64,000 nt of DNA from Candidatus Eiseniibacteriota bacterium (GTDB taxonomy: Bacteria > Eisenbacteria > RBG-16-71-46), in NCBI GenBank assembly GCA_031370785.1, contig JANMQY010000058.1, positions 64,001 through 128,000 of the forward strand. Reading direction: 5' to 3'. The position numbers and the translations under genes were made by a program. Under the pieces are notes generated by a model, which saw only the letters and a program-made list of their open reading frames with translations, did no database searches and was not told the origin of the DNA. This document shows, piece after piece, positions 28,028 through 38,382 of the stretch; the first letter of the stretch is position 1, and every line of letters begins with the position of its first letter.

Positions 28028-29852
28028 GGAAGCGCGTTACGCGCTGCTCACCGGGATGGTCATGCTCGGATTCGGGCTCGTGGTCGCGGGACTGCTTCGC
28101 CTCCAGGTGTTCCAGCACGATCAGTACGTGGAGCTCTCCAAGGAGAACCGGGTCCGGCTCGAGGTGCTGCGCGCTCCGCGCGGCGCGATCTACGATCGAA
28201 GGGGAGAGCTGCTCGCGGACAGCGCGCCGAGCTTCAACGTCGTGTTCCGTCCTTTCCCGAGCGAGAGCGTCGCGTCGGCGCGCCTCACCGAGAGCCCGGG
28301 CTGGATCGCGCGGGTCGCCGAGATGGTCGAGCTCGACAGCGCCGAAGTGCGGGCCCGGGTGAAGGTGGCCAACGGCAGCGGTCAGAACGCATCGCTGCGC
28401 CGCAATGCGCCGCCGCCGGTGGTCGCGGCGGTGGAGGAGTGGCGCGCCGAGCTGCCCGGAATCGAAGTGCAGATCGAGCCGCTCCGCCACTACCCGAACG
28501 GGACCTTCGCGTCGCACCTGCTGGGCTACGCCGGCGAGATCAACACCGCCGAGCTGGATTCCTTGCAGCTTCAGGGCTATCGACCCGGGGACCTGATCGG
28601 GCGCACCGGAATCGAGCGGCGCTACGAAGAGTCCTTGCGCGGGCGCGACGGCGCCGAGTACGTCGTGGTCAACGCGATGGGCAAGCGGGTGACGACGCTG
28701 AGCGAGGGCCCTCCGCTCAGGCCGGAAGCCGGTCACAACCTGCGCCTCACGCTCGACCTCAAGGTGCAGCGCGCGCTGGAAGAGGCGATGGCCGGCGTGG
28801 AGCGGGGCGGCGCGGTCGCGATCGACCCACGCGACGGCGGCGTTCTCGGCATGGTGAGCCGCCCGGCGTTCGATCCGAACGAGTTCTCGGCCGGTCTTTC
28901 GGTGGCGCGCTGGAAGCAGCTCTCGGGCGGCGATCTGAATCCGCTGCTCAACCGCGCGCTGCAGGGCGTCTATCCGCCGGGTTCGACGTTCAAGATCGTC
29001 TCGATGCTGGCCGCGCTGCGCTACGGAGTCGCCAGCGCCCGCACCACCCTGGCCCCGTGCACCGGCCACTGGATCTTCGGCGACCGCTCGTTCGGATGCT
29101 GGAAGGCAGCCGGGCACGGCGTGCTCGACTTCATCGGCGCCCTGCAGCATTCGTGCGACGTGTATTTCTATCAGATCGGGCCGCGCATCGGACTCCCGCA
29201 TCTGGTGGAGACCGCGCGCGCCCTCGGCCTCGGCGAGCGCACCGGCGTGGATCTGCCGCAGGAGAGCCGCGGGCTGATTCCGGACGACGCGTGGTACAAC
29301 CGGCGCTGGGGCGAGGGAAGGTGGCGCAAGGGTATGATGCTGAACCTGGCGATCGGGCAGGGCGAGCTGCTGGTCACGCCGCTCCAGCTCGCGCTGATGG
29401 CCGCGCAGGTCGCCGAGAGCGGCCGCCCGATGCGCCCGCACGTGGTCGAGGACGTGGTCGGCGCGCCCGAGTTCAAGGTGGATCGGCCGGTCGAGCCCGG
29501 CCTGATCGCGGAACCGGCGGTGTGGAGCGCGGTCCAGCAGGCGATGGAGCGGGTGGTGGACTCGGGCACCGGCACCGCGGCCAGGGTCCAGGGGGTACGG
29601 GTCGGCGGCAAGACCGGCACCTCTCAGAACCCGCACGGAAAGGATCACGCCCTGTTCGTCTGCTACGCGCCGGTCAACGATCCGCAGATCGCGATCGCGG
29701 TGGTGATCGAGAACATCGGACACGGCGGCACGTTCGCGGCGCCGCCGGCGGCCGCGGTGATCCGCCGCCTGTTCCTGCCCGACTCGCTTCAGCCGAAACA
29801 CGTGGTCGTCCTGCCGCTCCCGGACACCTCGGCGGTGCGCGATGCCGACTAG
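27996..29852 (+). CDS. mrdA: Penicillin-binding protein 2
   Basis: APRGAIYDR, GSTFK (SxxK), SCD, KTGT. Confidence 0.93.
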   Translation: MLSSNQVRRAREARYALLTGMVMLGFGLVVAGLLRLQVFQHDQYVELSKENRVRLEVLRAPRGAIYDRRGELLADSAPSFNVVFRPFPSESVASARLTESPGWIARVAEMVELDSAEVRARVKVANGSGQNASLRRNAPPPVVAAVEEWRAELPGIEVQIEPLRHYPNGTFASHLLGYAGEINTAELDSLQLQGYRPGDLIGRTGIERRYEESLRGRDGAEYVVVNAMGKRVTTLSEGPPLRPEAGHNLRLTLDLKVQRALEEAMAGVERGGAVAIDPRDGGVLGMVSRPAFDPNEFSAGLSVARWKQLSGGDLNPLLNRALQGVYPPGSTFKIVSMLAALRYGVASARTTLAPCTGHWIFGDRSFGCWKAAGHGVLDFIGALQHSCDVYFYQIGPRIGLPHLVETARALGLGERTGVDLPQESRGLIPDDAWYNRRWGEGRWRKGMMLNLAIGQGELLVTPLQLALMAAQVAESGRPMRPHVVEDVVGAPEFKVDRPVEPGLIAEPAVWSAVQQAMERVVDSGTGTAARVQGVRVGGKTGTSQNPHGKDHALFVCYAPVNDPQIAIAVVIENIGHGGTFAAPPAAAVIRRLFLPDSLQPKHVVVLPLPDTSAVRDAD

Positions 29853-31068
29853 GTTCCGGCTGCGCCTGCCCGCCGTCGACGTTCCGCTCGCGCTTGCCGC
29901 GATCGCGCTGGTGACGTTCGGGCTGCTGGTGGTGTACAGCGCCACCTCGGTCCCGGGCGCGCACGAGGGGCTGTGGACCAAGCAGCTGATGTGGGCGCTG
30001 ATCGCGCTGGCCGCCGCATGCGTGGCCGCGGCGATCCATCATCGCGCCTACGATTCGCTGGCCTATCCGTTCTACGGCATCTCACTGTTGATGCTGATCG
30101 CGGTGCTGGTGGCGGGATCGAGCGCGATGGGCGCCAGGCGCTGGCTCGACCTGGGTCCGATCCGATTCCAGCCCTCCGAGCTGGCGAAGCTGGCGACCGT
30201 GCTCATGCTGGCGCGCAGATTCGACAATCCCAAGCTCGACCTGACCCGGATGCGCTACTGGCTGCCGGCGCTGCTGCTCACCCTGGTGCCGTTCGCGCTG
30301 GTCGCGCGCGAGCCCGATCTGGGCACCGCGCTCTCGTTCCCGGTGATCCTCGTCACCATGTACTACTGGGCGGGGATGCCGCTGGGACGCCTGCTGCTCG
30401 GGCTGTCGCCGGTGTTCAACGCAGTGCTGTTCTTCGCGACCGGTTCGCTGTGGTGGTTCGCCGGCCTGCTCGCGGTGCTGCTCGCCGGGGTCCGTCCCCG
30501 CGTCACCGCGCTCGTGACCGTGCTCCTGCTCAATGGCGTGGTGGCGTACGCGCTGCCGCACGTTTGGAATCACATGCACGACTATCAGAAGCGGAGAATC
30601 GAGACCTTCATGAATCCCGGCGCCGATCCCTACGGGGCGGGCTATCAGATCATCCAGTCGCAGATCGCGATCGGCTCGGGCGGCGCCGCGGGGAAGGGCT
30701 ACCTCAAGGGCTCGCAGAAGGCGCTCTCGTTCCTGCCCATGCGTCACACCGACTTCATCTACTCGGTGGTCGGGGAGGAGCTGGGCTTCATTGGCGCGTT
30801 GACGGTGGTGTTACTGTACGCGGTCATCATCGTGCGCGGCATCCGGCTGGCGGCGGTGGTCCGCAATGGATTCGCGAGCCTGCTTGCGGTAGGGCTGGTT
30901 TCCGCGCTCTTCTTTCAGATCATGGTCAACATGCTCATGACCATCGGCTGGGCGCCGGTCACCGGTCTGCCCCTGCCGCTTCTGTCCTATGGCGGGACCG
31001 CGCTGCTCGTGAACGGCATTCAGATCGGCCTGCTCCAGAACGTGGCGCTGCGCCGCAAGGAGCTCTGA
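29842..31068 (+). CDS. rodA: SEDS glycosyltransferase RodA
   Basis: FQPSELAK, EPDLGT, HTDFI, PVTGLPLPLLSYGG. Confidence 0.95.
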   Translation: MPTRFRLRLPAVDVPLALAAIALVTFGLLVVYSATSVPGAHEGLWTKQLMWALIALAAACVAAAIHHRAYDSLAYPFYGISLLMLIAVLVAGSSAMGARRWLDLGPIRFQPSELAKLATVLMLARRFDNPKLDLTRMRYWLPALLLTLVPFALVAREPDLGTALSFPVILVTMYYWAGMPLGRLLLGLSPVFNAVLFFATGSLWWFAGLLAVLLAGVRPRVTALVTVLLLNGVVAYALPHVWNHMHDYQKRRIETFMNPGADPYGAGYQIIQSQIAIGSGGAAGKGYLKGSQKALSFLPMRHTDFIYSVVGEELGFIGALTVVLLYAVIIVRGIRLAAVVRNGFASLLAVGLVSALFFQIMVNMLMTIGWAPVTGLPLPLLSYGGTALLVNGIQIGLLQNVALRRKEL

Positions 31069-31073
31069 CCCAG

Positions 31074-31856
31074 GTGCATCCCGAAATCCTTCATTGGGGA
31101 TTTCTCCATATCCGCTCGTACGGCCTGATGCTGGCCATCGCGTTCCTCGCCGGCACCTGGCTCGGCCTGAGCGAGGCGCGCCGGCGAGGTCTCGACGAGG
31201 ACAAGATGGTCACCGTGATCCTCGCGGCGCTGGTCGCCTCGATCGTCGGAGCGCGCGCTCTGTATGTGCTCGAGCACATCGGCGAGTTCCGTCGCGAGTG
31301 GGGAAGCGTGCTCGCGCTGTGGCAGGGCGGCCTGACCCTCTACGGCGGGGTGGTGCTCGGCACGGTGGTGGGGCTCTCGACCGCGCGCCAGATCGGGCTC
31401 CCGATGTGGAGTGTCGCCGATGCACTCACTCCCTCGCTCGCGCTCGGAACCATGTTCGGACGGGTCGGGTGCTATCTCAATGGGTGCTGCTATGGCCGGC
31501 CGACGCGGACGCCGTGGGGCGTGGTGTTTCCGGCCGACTCGTTCGCCGGACTCGAGTTCGGCAACGCTCCGATCCATCCTTCGCAGCTCTATTTCGCACT
31601 CGCCGGGCTCGCGCTGTTCCTGATCTGCTGGGCGTTGCGCCGAAGGCTGGGGGTGCCCGGAATGCTGTTCTGGCTGTTCATCGTGCTGTTCGCGCTGGTG
31701 CGCATTCCGCTCGACTTCACCCGAGCGTACGAGGCCGACGCGATGGTGCTGCGCCTCGGGGTGGTGGATCTCACCGAGAGCCAGCTGACCAGCATCGCCC
31801 TCGCGCTGTTCGGCGCGCTCATGATGGTGCGCCTGAAGCGCGAGAGCCGGGCTTGA
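31074..31856 (+). CDS. lgt: Prolipoprotein diacylglyceryl transferase
   Basis: IRSYGLM, GARALYV, GGLTLYGG, GRVGCYLNGCCYG, HPSQLY. Confidence 0.92.
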   Translation: MHPEILHWGFLHIRSYGLMLAIAFLAGTWLGLSEARRRGLDEDKMVTVILAALVASIVGARALYVLEHIGEFRREWGSVLALWQGGLTLYGGVVLGTVVGLSTARQIGLPMWSVADALTPSLALGTMFGRVGCYLNGCCYGRPTRTPWGVVFPADSFAGLEFGNAPIHPSQLYFALAGLALFLICWALRRRLGVPGMLFWLFIVLFALVRIPLDFTRAYEADAMVLRLGVVDLTESQLTSIALALFGALMMVRLKRESRA

Positions 31857-31860
31857 TCCG

Positions 31861-32676
31861 GTGGGATCGTTCTGCCGGCTCGGGGTGCTGGGCGATCCGC
31901 TCACCTTCACGCGCTCTCCGGATCTGCACCGCGCCGGGCTCGCGGCCATCGGCTGGAGCGGCGAGTCGGCGGCGCTGCGCACCGGTGTGGATGCGCTGGG
32001 CATGAGGCTGGCCGCGCTGGCCGCGCAGGGCTGGCGCGGGGTCAACCTGACCCACCCCCTCAAGAGTGCGGCGCTCGACCTTCTCGATCGGGTGGCGCCC
32101 TCCGCCGCGCTCGCACGCTCGGTCAACACGGTCGGCTTCGGACCCGACGGATGGTGGGGCGAGAGCACCGACGGCCCGGGCTTCATCGATCTGCTGGCGG
32201 CGCTCGACCGCGATCCCGCCGTCCAGCGCACCGTCCTTCTCGGCGCGGGTGGCGCTGCGCGCAGCGTCGGCCTCGCGCTCCTCGAGAAGGGCGGCCTCGG
32301 GCTGACCGTGAGCGCGCGCCGGCCCGAGAGCGCGCTCGAGGAATGGCGCGACGTGCCGGGCGCGACGATCGTGGGATGGCGGAGCGCGGAGGAGAAATTG
32401 GCGCTCGAGAGTGCGACGCTGGTGGTGAACGCGACGCCGCTCTCCGGGCGCGACTGGCCGGCGCCGCTCGATGGGCTCTCGCGCGGCACGCTGGTCGTGG
32501 ATCTGGTCTACGGCGAGGCGCCCACACCGTGGGTCGAGCAGGCGCGTGCGCGCGGGCTGGATGCGTGTGACGGACTGGGTCTGCTGGTGTTCCAGGCGCG
32601 CCGCTCGCTCGCGCTGTGGACCGGCGCCGAGATCCCGCTGGCTCCGCTGCTGCGCGCGGTCGGCTGGCCGAGATGA
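31861..32676 (+). CDS. aroE: Shikimate dehydrogenase
   Basis: SPDLH, GVNLTHPLK, SVNT, TDGPG, GAGGAA, NATP, DGLGLLVFQA. Confidence 0.88.
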   Translation: MGSFCRLGVLGDPLTFTRSPDLHRAGLAAIGWSGESAALRTGVDALGMRLAALAAQGWRGVNLTHPLKSAALDLLDRVAPSAALARSVNTVGFGPDGWWGESTDGPGFIDLLAALDRDPAVQRTVLLGAGGAARSVGLALLEKGGLGLTVSARRPESALEEWRDVPGATIVGWRSAEEKLALESATLVVNATPLSGRDWPAPLDGLSRGTLVVDLVYGEAPTPWVEQARARGLDACDGLGLLVFQARRSLALWTGAEIPLAPLLRAVGWPR

Positions 32677-33377
32677 GACCGGCCCACCTGGCCGCTCCGG
32701 CGACTGCGGCTCTCGATGCACTGGTCGCGCTGGCGTTGCCGCATCGCTGCCCCGAGTGCGCGGCGCCGTCGGATCCGGTGCGGGTGCTGTGCGAGGCGTG
32801 CTTCGCTTCGATTCCGCGCCTCGCGCTTCCGCTGTGCGCGAAGTGCTCGGCGCGCGGGGCGAGTCCGGTCGGATGCGTTCGCCATCCCGGACATCAGGTG
32901 TGGCCGGCGTGGATCTATGACGAGGCCGTGGCCGCGGTGGTCGCGGCGCTCAAGTACGGCGAGCGTCCGGGCGTGGCCGCCTCTCTCGGCGGCGAGCTGG
33001 CGCGCGTGGTGCCGCGCGCGCGCCGGTGGGACCTGGTGCTGGCGGTGCCGCTCCATCGCGCGCGGCAGCGCGAGCGCGGGTACAATCAGGCCGCCTGCCT
33101 CGCGCAGGGGCTCGCATCCGCGATCGGCGCGCCGTTCTTCGAAGGCGTGCCGCAGCGGCTCCGGGCGACGGCCGCGCAGGCGCGGCTGGACGCGCACGAG
33201 CGCCGGCGCAACCTGCGAGGGGCGTTCCGGGTGCGGAGCCCGCACCCGCTCGCCGGCAGGCGCGTGCTGCTGGTGGACGACGTGATGACCACCGGGGCGA
33301 CGCTCGAGGCGTGTCTCGATACGTTGCACTCGGCCGGGGCGGAAACCGCCGCGGTCACCCTGGCCTGGGCGCAGTAG
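32673..33377 (+). CDS. comF: ComF family protein (double zinc ribbon plus phosphoribosyltransferase domain)
   Basis: CPEC/CEAC/CAKC; RGYNQA; LLVDDVMTTGAT. Confidence 0.9.
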   Translation: MRPAHLAAPATAALDALVALALPHRCPECAAPSDPVRVLCEACFASIPRLALPLCAKCSARGASPVGCVRHPGHQVWPAWIYDEAVAAVVAALKYGERPGVAASLGGELARVVPRARRWDLVLAVPLHRARQRERGYNQAACLAQGLASAIGAPFFEGVPQRLRATAAQARLDAHERRRNLRGAFRVRSPHPLAGRRVLLVDDVMTTGATLEACLDTLHSAGAETAAVTLAWAQ

Positions 33378-33379
33378 CC

Positions 33380-34039
33380 ATGTCGCATCTGCACATTCCG
33401 GACGGCGTGCTGCCGTGGTGGGTGTGGGTGCCCGGGCTCGCGATCGCGCTCGTGCTGCTCGCGCTCGGCGCGCGCCGGGCGCGCGCCGAGTCCCAGTTGA
33501 ACGTCGCGATCCGGGGCGCGCTGGGCGGTCTGGTGCTGGCGGCGATGGCGATCGAGCTTCCGCTCGGCCCGGTGGAATACCATCTGTGCCTGGTGGGCCC
33601 GGTCGGGGTGCTGCTCGGGGCGACCGGAGCATTTCAGGTGATGTTCGTGGTGAGCGCGATCCTCGCGTTCGCCGGACACGGAGGATTCACGGTGGTGGGA
33701 TTGAACGCCCTGGTTCTGGCCGCGGGCGCCGCGATCGCGCGCCCGCTCTACCGGAGCCTCTCTTCGAAGCTCGCGCCCGGGCCGGCGCTGGCCCTGACTT
33801 CGGCCGGAGCGCAGGCGCTGTCCGGGCTCGCCTGGCTCGCGGTGGTCGCGCTCGCGCTGCGCTTCGGGATGGCGGCATCGCCGGCGCGGGTCGGAATGAT
33901 CGGCGCGCTCACTCTGCCGCTGTGGCTGCTCGGCATCACGGTCGAGGCGGCGGTGGGCTACGGACTGGCGCGCTTCCTCGCCCGGGTGCGGCCCGATCTG
34001 CTGCCCGCGCGGCAGATCGGGCAGGTGGAGGCGGCTTGA
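33380..34039 (+). CDS. cbiM: ECF Co/Ni transporter substrate component (CbiM/NikM)
   Basis: MSHLHIPDGVL N-terminus; GHGGFTVVGLN; multiple TM segments. Confidence 0.85.
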   Translation: MSHLHIPDGVLPWWVWVPGLAIALVLLALGARRARAESQLNVAIRGALGGLVLAAMAIELPLGPVEYHLCLVGPVGVLLGATGAFQVMFVVSAILAFAGHGGFTVVGLNALVLAAGAAIARPLYRSLSSKLAPGPALALTSAGAQALSGLAWLAVVALALRFGMAASPARVGMIGALTLPLWLLGITVEAAVGYGLARFLARVRPDLLPARQIGQVEAA

Positions 34040-34755
34040 TCAACGTGCTCTCGCGCATCGATCATCTGGCGAGCGCTGGCGGAACCCCATGGCACCGCGC
34101 CAGTGCGCTCTCGAAGCTCGTGCTCGCGGCCGCGCTGATCGGGCTCGCGGTGGGCGCGCCGTCGTTGAGCCTGCTGGTCGCGCTCTACGCTTTTGCGTGG
34201 CTGCTCGCGCTCACCAGCCGGCTGCCGGCTCGGTTGATCGTGCTGGCGGCGGGCTACCCGATCGTGTTCTCGGGACTGTTCCTGCTCGGTGCGTGGGATG
34301 GCACCTGGCAGACTCCGGTGCGCCTTCTGATTCGTCCGCTCACCGCGAGCCTGGTCGCGGTGTGGCTGGTTGGGACCACGCCCTATCCCGATCTGTTCGC
34401 CCCGCTCTCGCGGATTCTGCCGCGCAGCGTGGGGGACGGCCTGTTCCTCACCTATCGCGCCCTGTTCGATCTCATGGCGCGCGCGGATCGCCTGTGGCGC
34501 GCGCTCCGCCTGCGCGGCGGCGCGGCCGGTCCGCCGCGGCGGCGCCTGACGGTTGCCGGTGAAGGACTGGGCACGCTCGTGCTGTACGGGTTCGAGCGCA
34601 GCCGCCGGCAGTATGCGACCATGCTGCTGCGCGGCCACTCGGGACGCATCTGCGGCTGCCGCCACTATGCGGCGTGGACGAGTGCGGACCTGCTCGTGGC
34701 GATGGCCGCGCTCGGCGTGGGCGTGGCGGCAGCGGTCCTGTGGGGGAGAGCGTGA
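34036..34755 (+). CDS. cbiQ: ECF transmembrane component (CbiQ/EcfT)
   Basis: HRASALSKL, TTPYPDL, LRLRG and MLLRG coupling motifs; TTG start overlaps the cbiM stop. Confidence 0.85.
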   Translation: MINVLSRIDHLASAGGTPWHRASALSKLVLAAALIGLAVGAPSLSLLVALYAFAWLLALTSRLPARLIVLAAGYPIVFSGLFLLGAWDGTWQTPVRLLIRPLTASLVAVWLVGTTPYPDLFAPLSRILPRSVGDGLFLTYRALFDLMARADRLWRALRLRGGAAGPPRRRLTVAGEGLGTLVLYGFERSRRQYATMLLRGHSGRICGCRHYAAWTSADLLVAMAALGVGVAAAVLWGRA

Positions 34756-35780
34756 ACGACCCGGCGGTGCGCGTCTCGTGCGTGCGCCATACCTATCCCG
34801 ATCACACCCAGGTGCATCTGTGTGGTCTCGATTTCGTGGTCGAGGCCGGCACGCGGGTGGTGATTCTCGGGCCCAACGGCTGCGGCAAGACCACCCTTCT
34901 GTTCCACGTGCTCGGACTGCTCGAGCCGCAGGAGGGCGAGGTCAGCGTGTTCGGGGTGAATCCCGCGCGGCACTTCAACCGGATTCGCGAGCGGGTCGGC
35001 GTGCTGCTGCAGAATGCCGACGAGCAGATCATCGCGCCGACGGTGTGGGACGACGTCTCGTTCTCGCCACGCAGCTACGGCTACGCCGAGCCCGATGTGA
35101 ACCGGCTGGTGCGCGAGGCGCTCGAGTGCGTGGGGATCGCCCATTTGCGCGACAAGGTGTGTCACCATCTGTCGGGCGGGGAGAAGCGCAAGGTCGCGCT
35201 GGCCGGCGCACTCGTGCTCAAGCCGGAGCTGCTGGTTCTGGACGAGCCGTTCGAGGGGCTGGATCCTGCCTCGCGCACCGACCTGGTCGAGCTGCTCAAC
35301 CGCCTGCACCGCGAACAGGGCGTCACGCTGGTGATGGCGACCCACGATGTGAACGTGGTCGCGGCGATGGCCGACATGGTGTACGTGCTGCTGCGCGGCG
35401 GCGAGATCGTCGCCCAGGGAGCCCCGCGCGAGATCTTCCGCGATCCGGGAATGCTCAGGCGCAGCAACATCGAGCCTCCGGTGCTGGCCGAGCTGTTCCA
35501 GCGCCTCGAGGATGGCGGACTCCCGCTCGGCCGCCCGCAATCGCTGGACGAGGCGGCCCGGCTGCTCGCCACCGCATTCGCCCGGCGCGATCCGCGAGCC
35601 TCCGGGCCGGTGCACGAAGTCGCGGGCGACGATCTGTTCGCGGCGCCCAATCCGACGGCGGCGGCGGAGCCCGGCGCACCGGCCGCTCGTCCGGCCGACG
35701 CTCAAGGAACTGCCGATGCGCCACGGCCCACTGAAGCCGCGACGCCCGCGGCCGCGGCTCCCGGCTCCCGGCGACCGTGA
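34752..35780 (+). CDS. cbiO: ECF ATPase (CbiO/EcfA) with Pro/Ala-rich tail
   Basis: GPNGCGKTT, LSGGEK, LDEP. Confidence 0.9.
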   Translation: MNDPAVRVSCVRHTYPDHTQVHLCGLDFVVEAGTRVVILGPNGCGKTTLLFHVLGLLEPQEGEVSVFGVNPARHFNRIRERVGVLLQNADEQIIAPTVWDDVSFSPRSYGYAEPDVNRLVREALECVGIAHLRDKVCHHLSGGEKRKVALAGALVLKPELLVLDEPFEGLDPASRTDLVELLNRLHREQGVTLVMATHDVNVVAAMADMVYVLLRGGEIVAQGAPREIFRDPGMLRRSNIEPPVLAELFQRLEDGGLPLGRPQSLDEAARLLATAFARRDPRASGPVHEVAGDDLFAAPNPTAAAEPGAPAARPADAQGTADAPRPTEAATPAAAAPGSRRP

Positions 35781-35807
35781 GCGGGTGGTTGCCCGCCCGC
35801 GCCGACC

Positions 35808-37160
35808 ATGACCGATGACCTGTTCGGCCCGGCGCCCGTCAAGGGCGGCGCGCCCGCACCCGGCGAAGGACCGCTCGCGGACCGCATGCGCCCGCGCACC
35901 TTCGAAGAGCTGGTCGGACAGGACGCGCTGTTCGAGCAGGGTGCGCCGCTCGCGCTGATGCGCGACGGGCGTCACCTGAGCTCGGCCATCCTGTGGGGAC
36001 CGCCCGGAACCGGCAAGACCACGCTGGCGAGACTGATCGCGTCCCAGGTCAAGGTTCCGTTCGTCTCCTTCAGCGCCGTGCTATCGGGCGTCCGCGAAGT
36101 GCGAGAGACCCTGCACCGGGCCGCCGCCGAGCGAAAGCGCAGCGGCCGTCCGACCCTGCTGTTCGTGGACGAGATCCATCGATTCAACAAGTCGCAGCAG
36201 GATGCGTTCCTCTCGCACGTCGAATCCGGAGACATCATCCTGATCGGAGCCACCACCGAGAACCCTTCGTTCGAGGTGAACTCCGCGCTGCTCTCACGCG
36301 CGCGGGTAGTGGTGCTGAAGGAACTCGGGCCAAAGGATCTGCGCGTGCTGCTCGATCGTGCCCTCGCCGACCGCGAACGCGGTCTGCCGCGTGCGGTCGA
36401 GGCCGATCCGGAGGCGCTCGATCTGATCGCCCAGGGCGCGGACGGCGATGCGCGCCGCGCGCTGAATGCGCTCGAGATCGCGGCGGCCGCGGGCGGGCGC
36501 ATCACGCGCGAAGCCGCCGAGCGGGCGCTGACTCATCGGCACCTGCGCTACGATCGCGTCGGCGAAGAGCACTACAACCTGATCTCGGCGTTGCACAAGT
36601 CGCTGCGCGACTCCGATCCGCACGCCGGGCTGTACTGGCTCGCGCGGATGCTGGCCGCGGGCGAGGATCCGCTGTACGTCGCGCGACGCATGGTGCGCTT
36701 CGCGAGTGAGGACGTCGGCAACGCCGACCCGCGCGCGCTGACCATCGCGGTTGCCGCGTTTCAGGCGTACCACCAGCTCGGGTCCCCGGAGGGTGAGCTG
36801 GCGCTGGCGCAGTGCTGCGCCTACCTCGCGACCGCGCCCAAGAGCAACGCGGTGTATGAAGGGTTCGGGCGCGCGATCGCCGAGGTGGAATCCAGCGGCA
36901 GCCTGCCGCCGCCGCTCGTGATCCGGAACGCCCCTACCCGCCTGATGAAGGACCTGGGCTACGGTGCGGGCTACCGCTATGCCCATGACCAGCCGGGCGC
37001 GATCGCCGATCAGCAGCATCTGCCCGATGCACTGGCTGGCCGGCGTTTCTACGAGCCCGTCGAGCGCGGCGAAGAGGCGGAAATCGCCCGTCGCATGCGG
37101 GAGTGGGAGCGCCTGATCTCGCCGCCCGGGGACGACCCGAAGGGCGGGGCGACGTCCTAG
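35808..37160 (+). CDS. rarA: Replication-associated recombination protein A
   Basis: PLADRMRP, GPPGTGKTT, DEIHRFNKSQQD, ASEDVGNADP, PKSNA. Confidence 0.96.
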   Translation: MTDDLFGPAPVKGGAPAPGEGPLADRMRPRTFEELVGQDALFEQGAPLALMRDGRHLSSAILWGPPGTGKTTLARLIASQVKVPFVSFSAVLSGVREVRETLHRAAAERKRSGRPTLLFVDEIHRFNKSQQDAFLSHVESGDIILIGATTENPSFEVNSALLSRARVVVLKELGPKDLRVLLDRALADRERGLPRAVEADPEALDLIAQGADGDARRALNALEIAAAAGGRITREAAERALTHRHLRYDRVGEEHYNLISALHKSLRDSDPHAGLYWLARMLAAGEDPLYVARRMVRFASEDVGNADPRALTIAVAAFQAYHQLGSPEGELALAQCCAYLATAPKSNAVYEGFGRAIAEVESSGSLPPPLVIRNAPTRLMKDLGYGAGYRYAHDQPGAIADQQHLPDALAGRRFYEPVERGEEAEIARRMREWERLISPPGDDPKGGATS

Positions 37161-37205
37161 GGATGGCGCCCCGGGGTGCTGTCCCGCCCCGCCCCAGATG
37201 TGTTC

Positions 37206-37235
37206 TTGAGTCTTCGCATGTGAAATATCTATGCT
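37206..37235 (+). promoter_or_regulatory. sigma70-like promoter
   Basis: TTGAGT-N18-TATGCT, downstream of a hairpin at 37161-37184 that follows rarA. Confidence 0.45.
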
Positions 37236-37320
37236 TCCGCCGTCCGGTTGCCTGAATTGCTCGCAGGGTTGTGCCCTTCACGCTCGCATCCCCCGAAGTC
37301 TGCCAGTCAGGGAAACAAAA

Positions 37321-38382
37321 ATGACGATTCCAACCGAACCCATCGGCAGCATTCCTCGACCGCTCCACCTGATCGAAGCGTTCTCGGAGCGGGACAGCGA
37401 AGACCCGAGCCTGGGTCCGCTCTACGAGGAAGCGATACGAGACACCATCGAGCGTTTCGAGGCCACCGGGTCACCCGTGATCACCGACGGCGAACAGAGG
37501 AAGTTTCATAATTTCTGGACCTACAGTGTTCACGCGCTTCCGAACACCTCACCCGATGGCTTCAAGATCCCTTTCGCGGCGGGTCACACGCGCCGCATGC
37601 TGCGGCTCACGAAGGGCCCGTTCCGTTACCGGCGCTACGCGGACGAGTACCTCGAGTACGCACAACGACATACGCATCGGCCGGTCAAGCAGGCGGTCAT
37701 CTCGCCGTCGGCATTGAGCCTCATGTATCCCCCCGAGGGGATTCCCGGTTATTCGCGCGAACAGTTCCTCGACGATCTGCTCAACGAGCACGAGACGGAA
37801 GTCCGTCGCTGCCTCAAGAAGGGAGCTCACGCGGTTCAGATCGATTTCACCGAGGGGCGGCTGGCGATGAAGGTCGATCCCACGGGGAATCTGCTCAACA
37901 GCTTCATCGATCTGAACAACCTCGCGCTGTCACGCTTCTCCGCGCAGGACCGCGCCCGCCTGGGGGTGCACACCTGCCCCGGTGGCGATCGCGATTCGAC
38001 CCACAGCGCGGACGTCGACTACGCCGAGTTGCTGCCCAGCCTGTTCGAACTGAGGGTCGGTAATTTCTACATCGCGCTCGCGTGCGAGAAGAACCCGGTC
38101 GAAGTACTGAAAATCATCCGGAAACACATGAAGCCTGACCAGCGGGTGTTCGTCGGCGTTGTGGAGACGATCAACCCGCGCATCGAGACTCGCGAAGAAG
38201 TCCGTGACCGTATTCTCGAGGCAGCCGAGTACCTCCCGCTCGATCGGCTGGGCACCACCGACGATTGCGGTTACGCGCCGTTCAGCGACGATGTGTCCAC
38301 CAGCCGCGACACTGCGTTCGCCAAGATCCAGGCGCGCGTGGAGGGCACCGCGCTTGCGTCGGAGGCGATCGGAGACAGGTAG
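37321..38382 (+). CDS. Cobalamin-independent methionine synthase II family (MetE C-terminal-like) protein
   Basis: IGSIPRP, ITDGEQ, HTC (HxC) and DDCG zinc ligands; a single 353-aa barrel. Confidence 0.85.
   Translation: MTIPTEPIGSIPRPLHLIEAFSERDSEDPSLGPLYEEAIRDTIERFEATGSPVITDGEQRKFHNFWTYSVHALPNTSPDGFKIPFAAGHTRRMLRLTKGPFRYRRYADEYLEYAQRHTHRPVKQAVISPSALSLMYPPEGIPGYSREQFLDDLLNEHETEVRRCLKKGAHAVQIDFTEGRLAMKVDPTGNLLNSFIDLNNLALSRFSAQDRARLGVHTCPGGDRDSTHSADVDYAELLPSLFELRVGNFYIALACEKNPVEVLKIIRKHMKPDQRVFVGVVETINPRIETREEVRDRILEAAEYLPLDRLGTTDDCGYAPFSDDVSTSRDTAFAKIQARVEGTALASEAIGDR

Noticed and set aside
37236..37320. SAM/SAH riboswitch upstream of the MetE-like gene
   Set aside because: No conserved SAM-I/II or SAH motifs were recognised.
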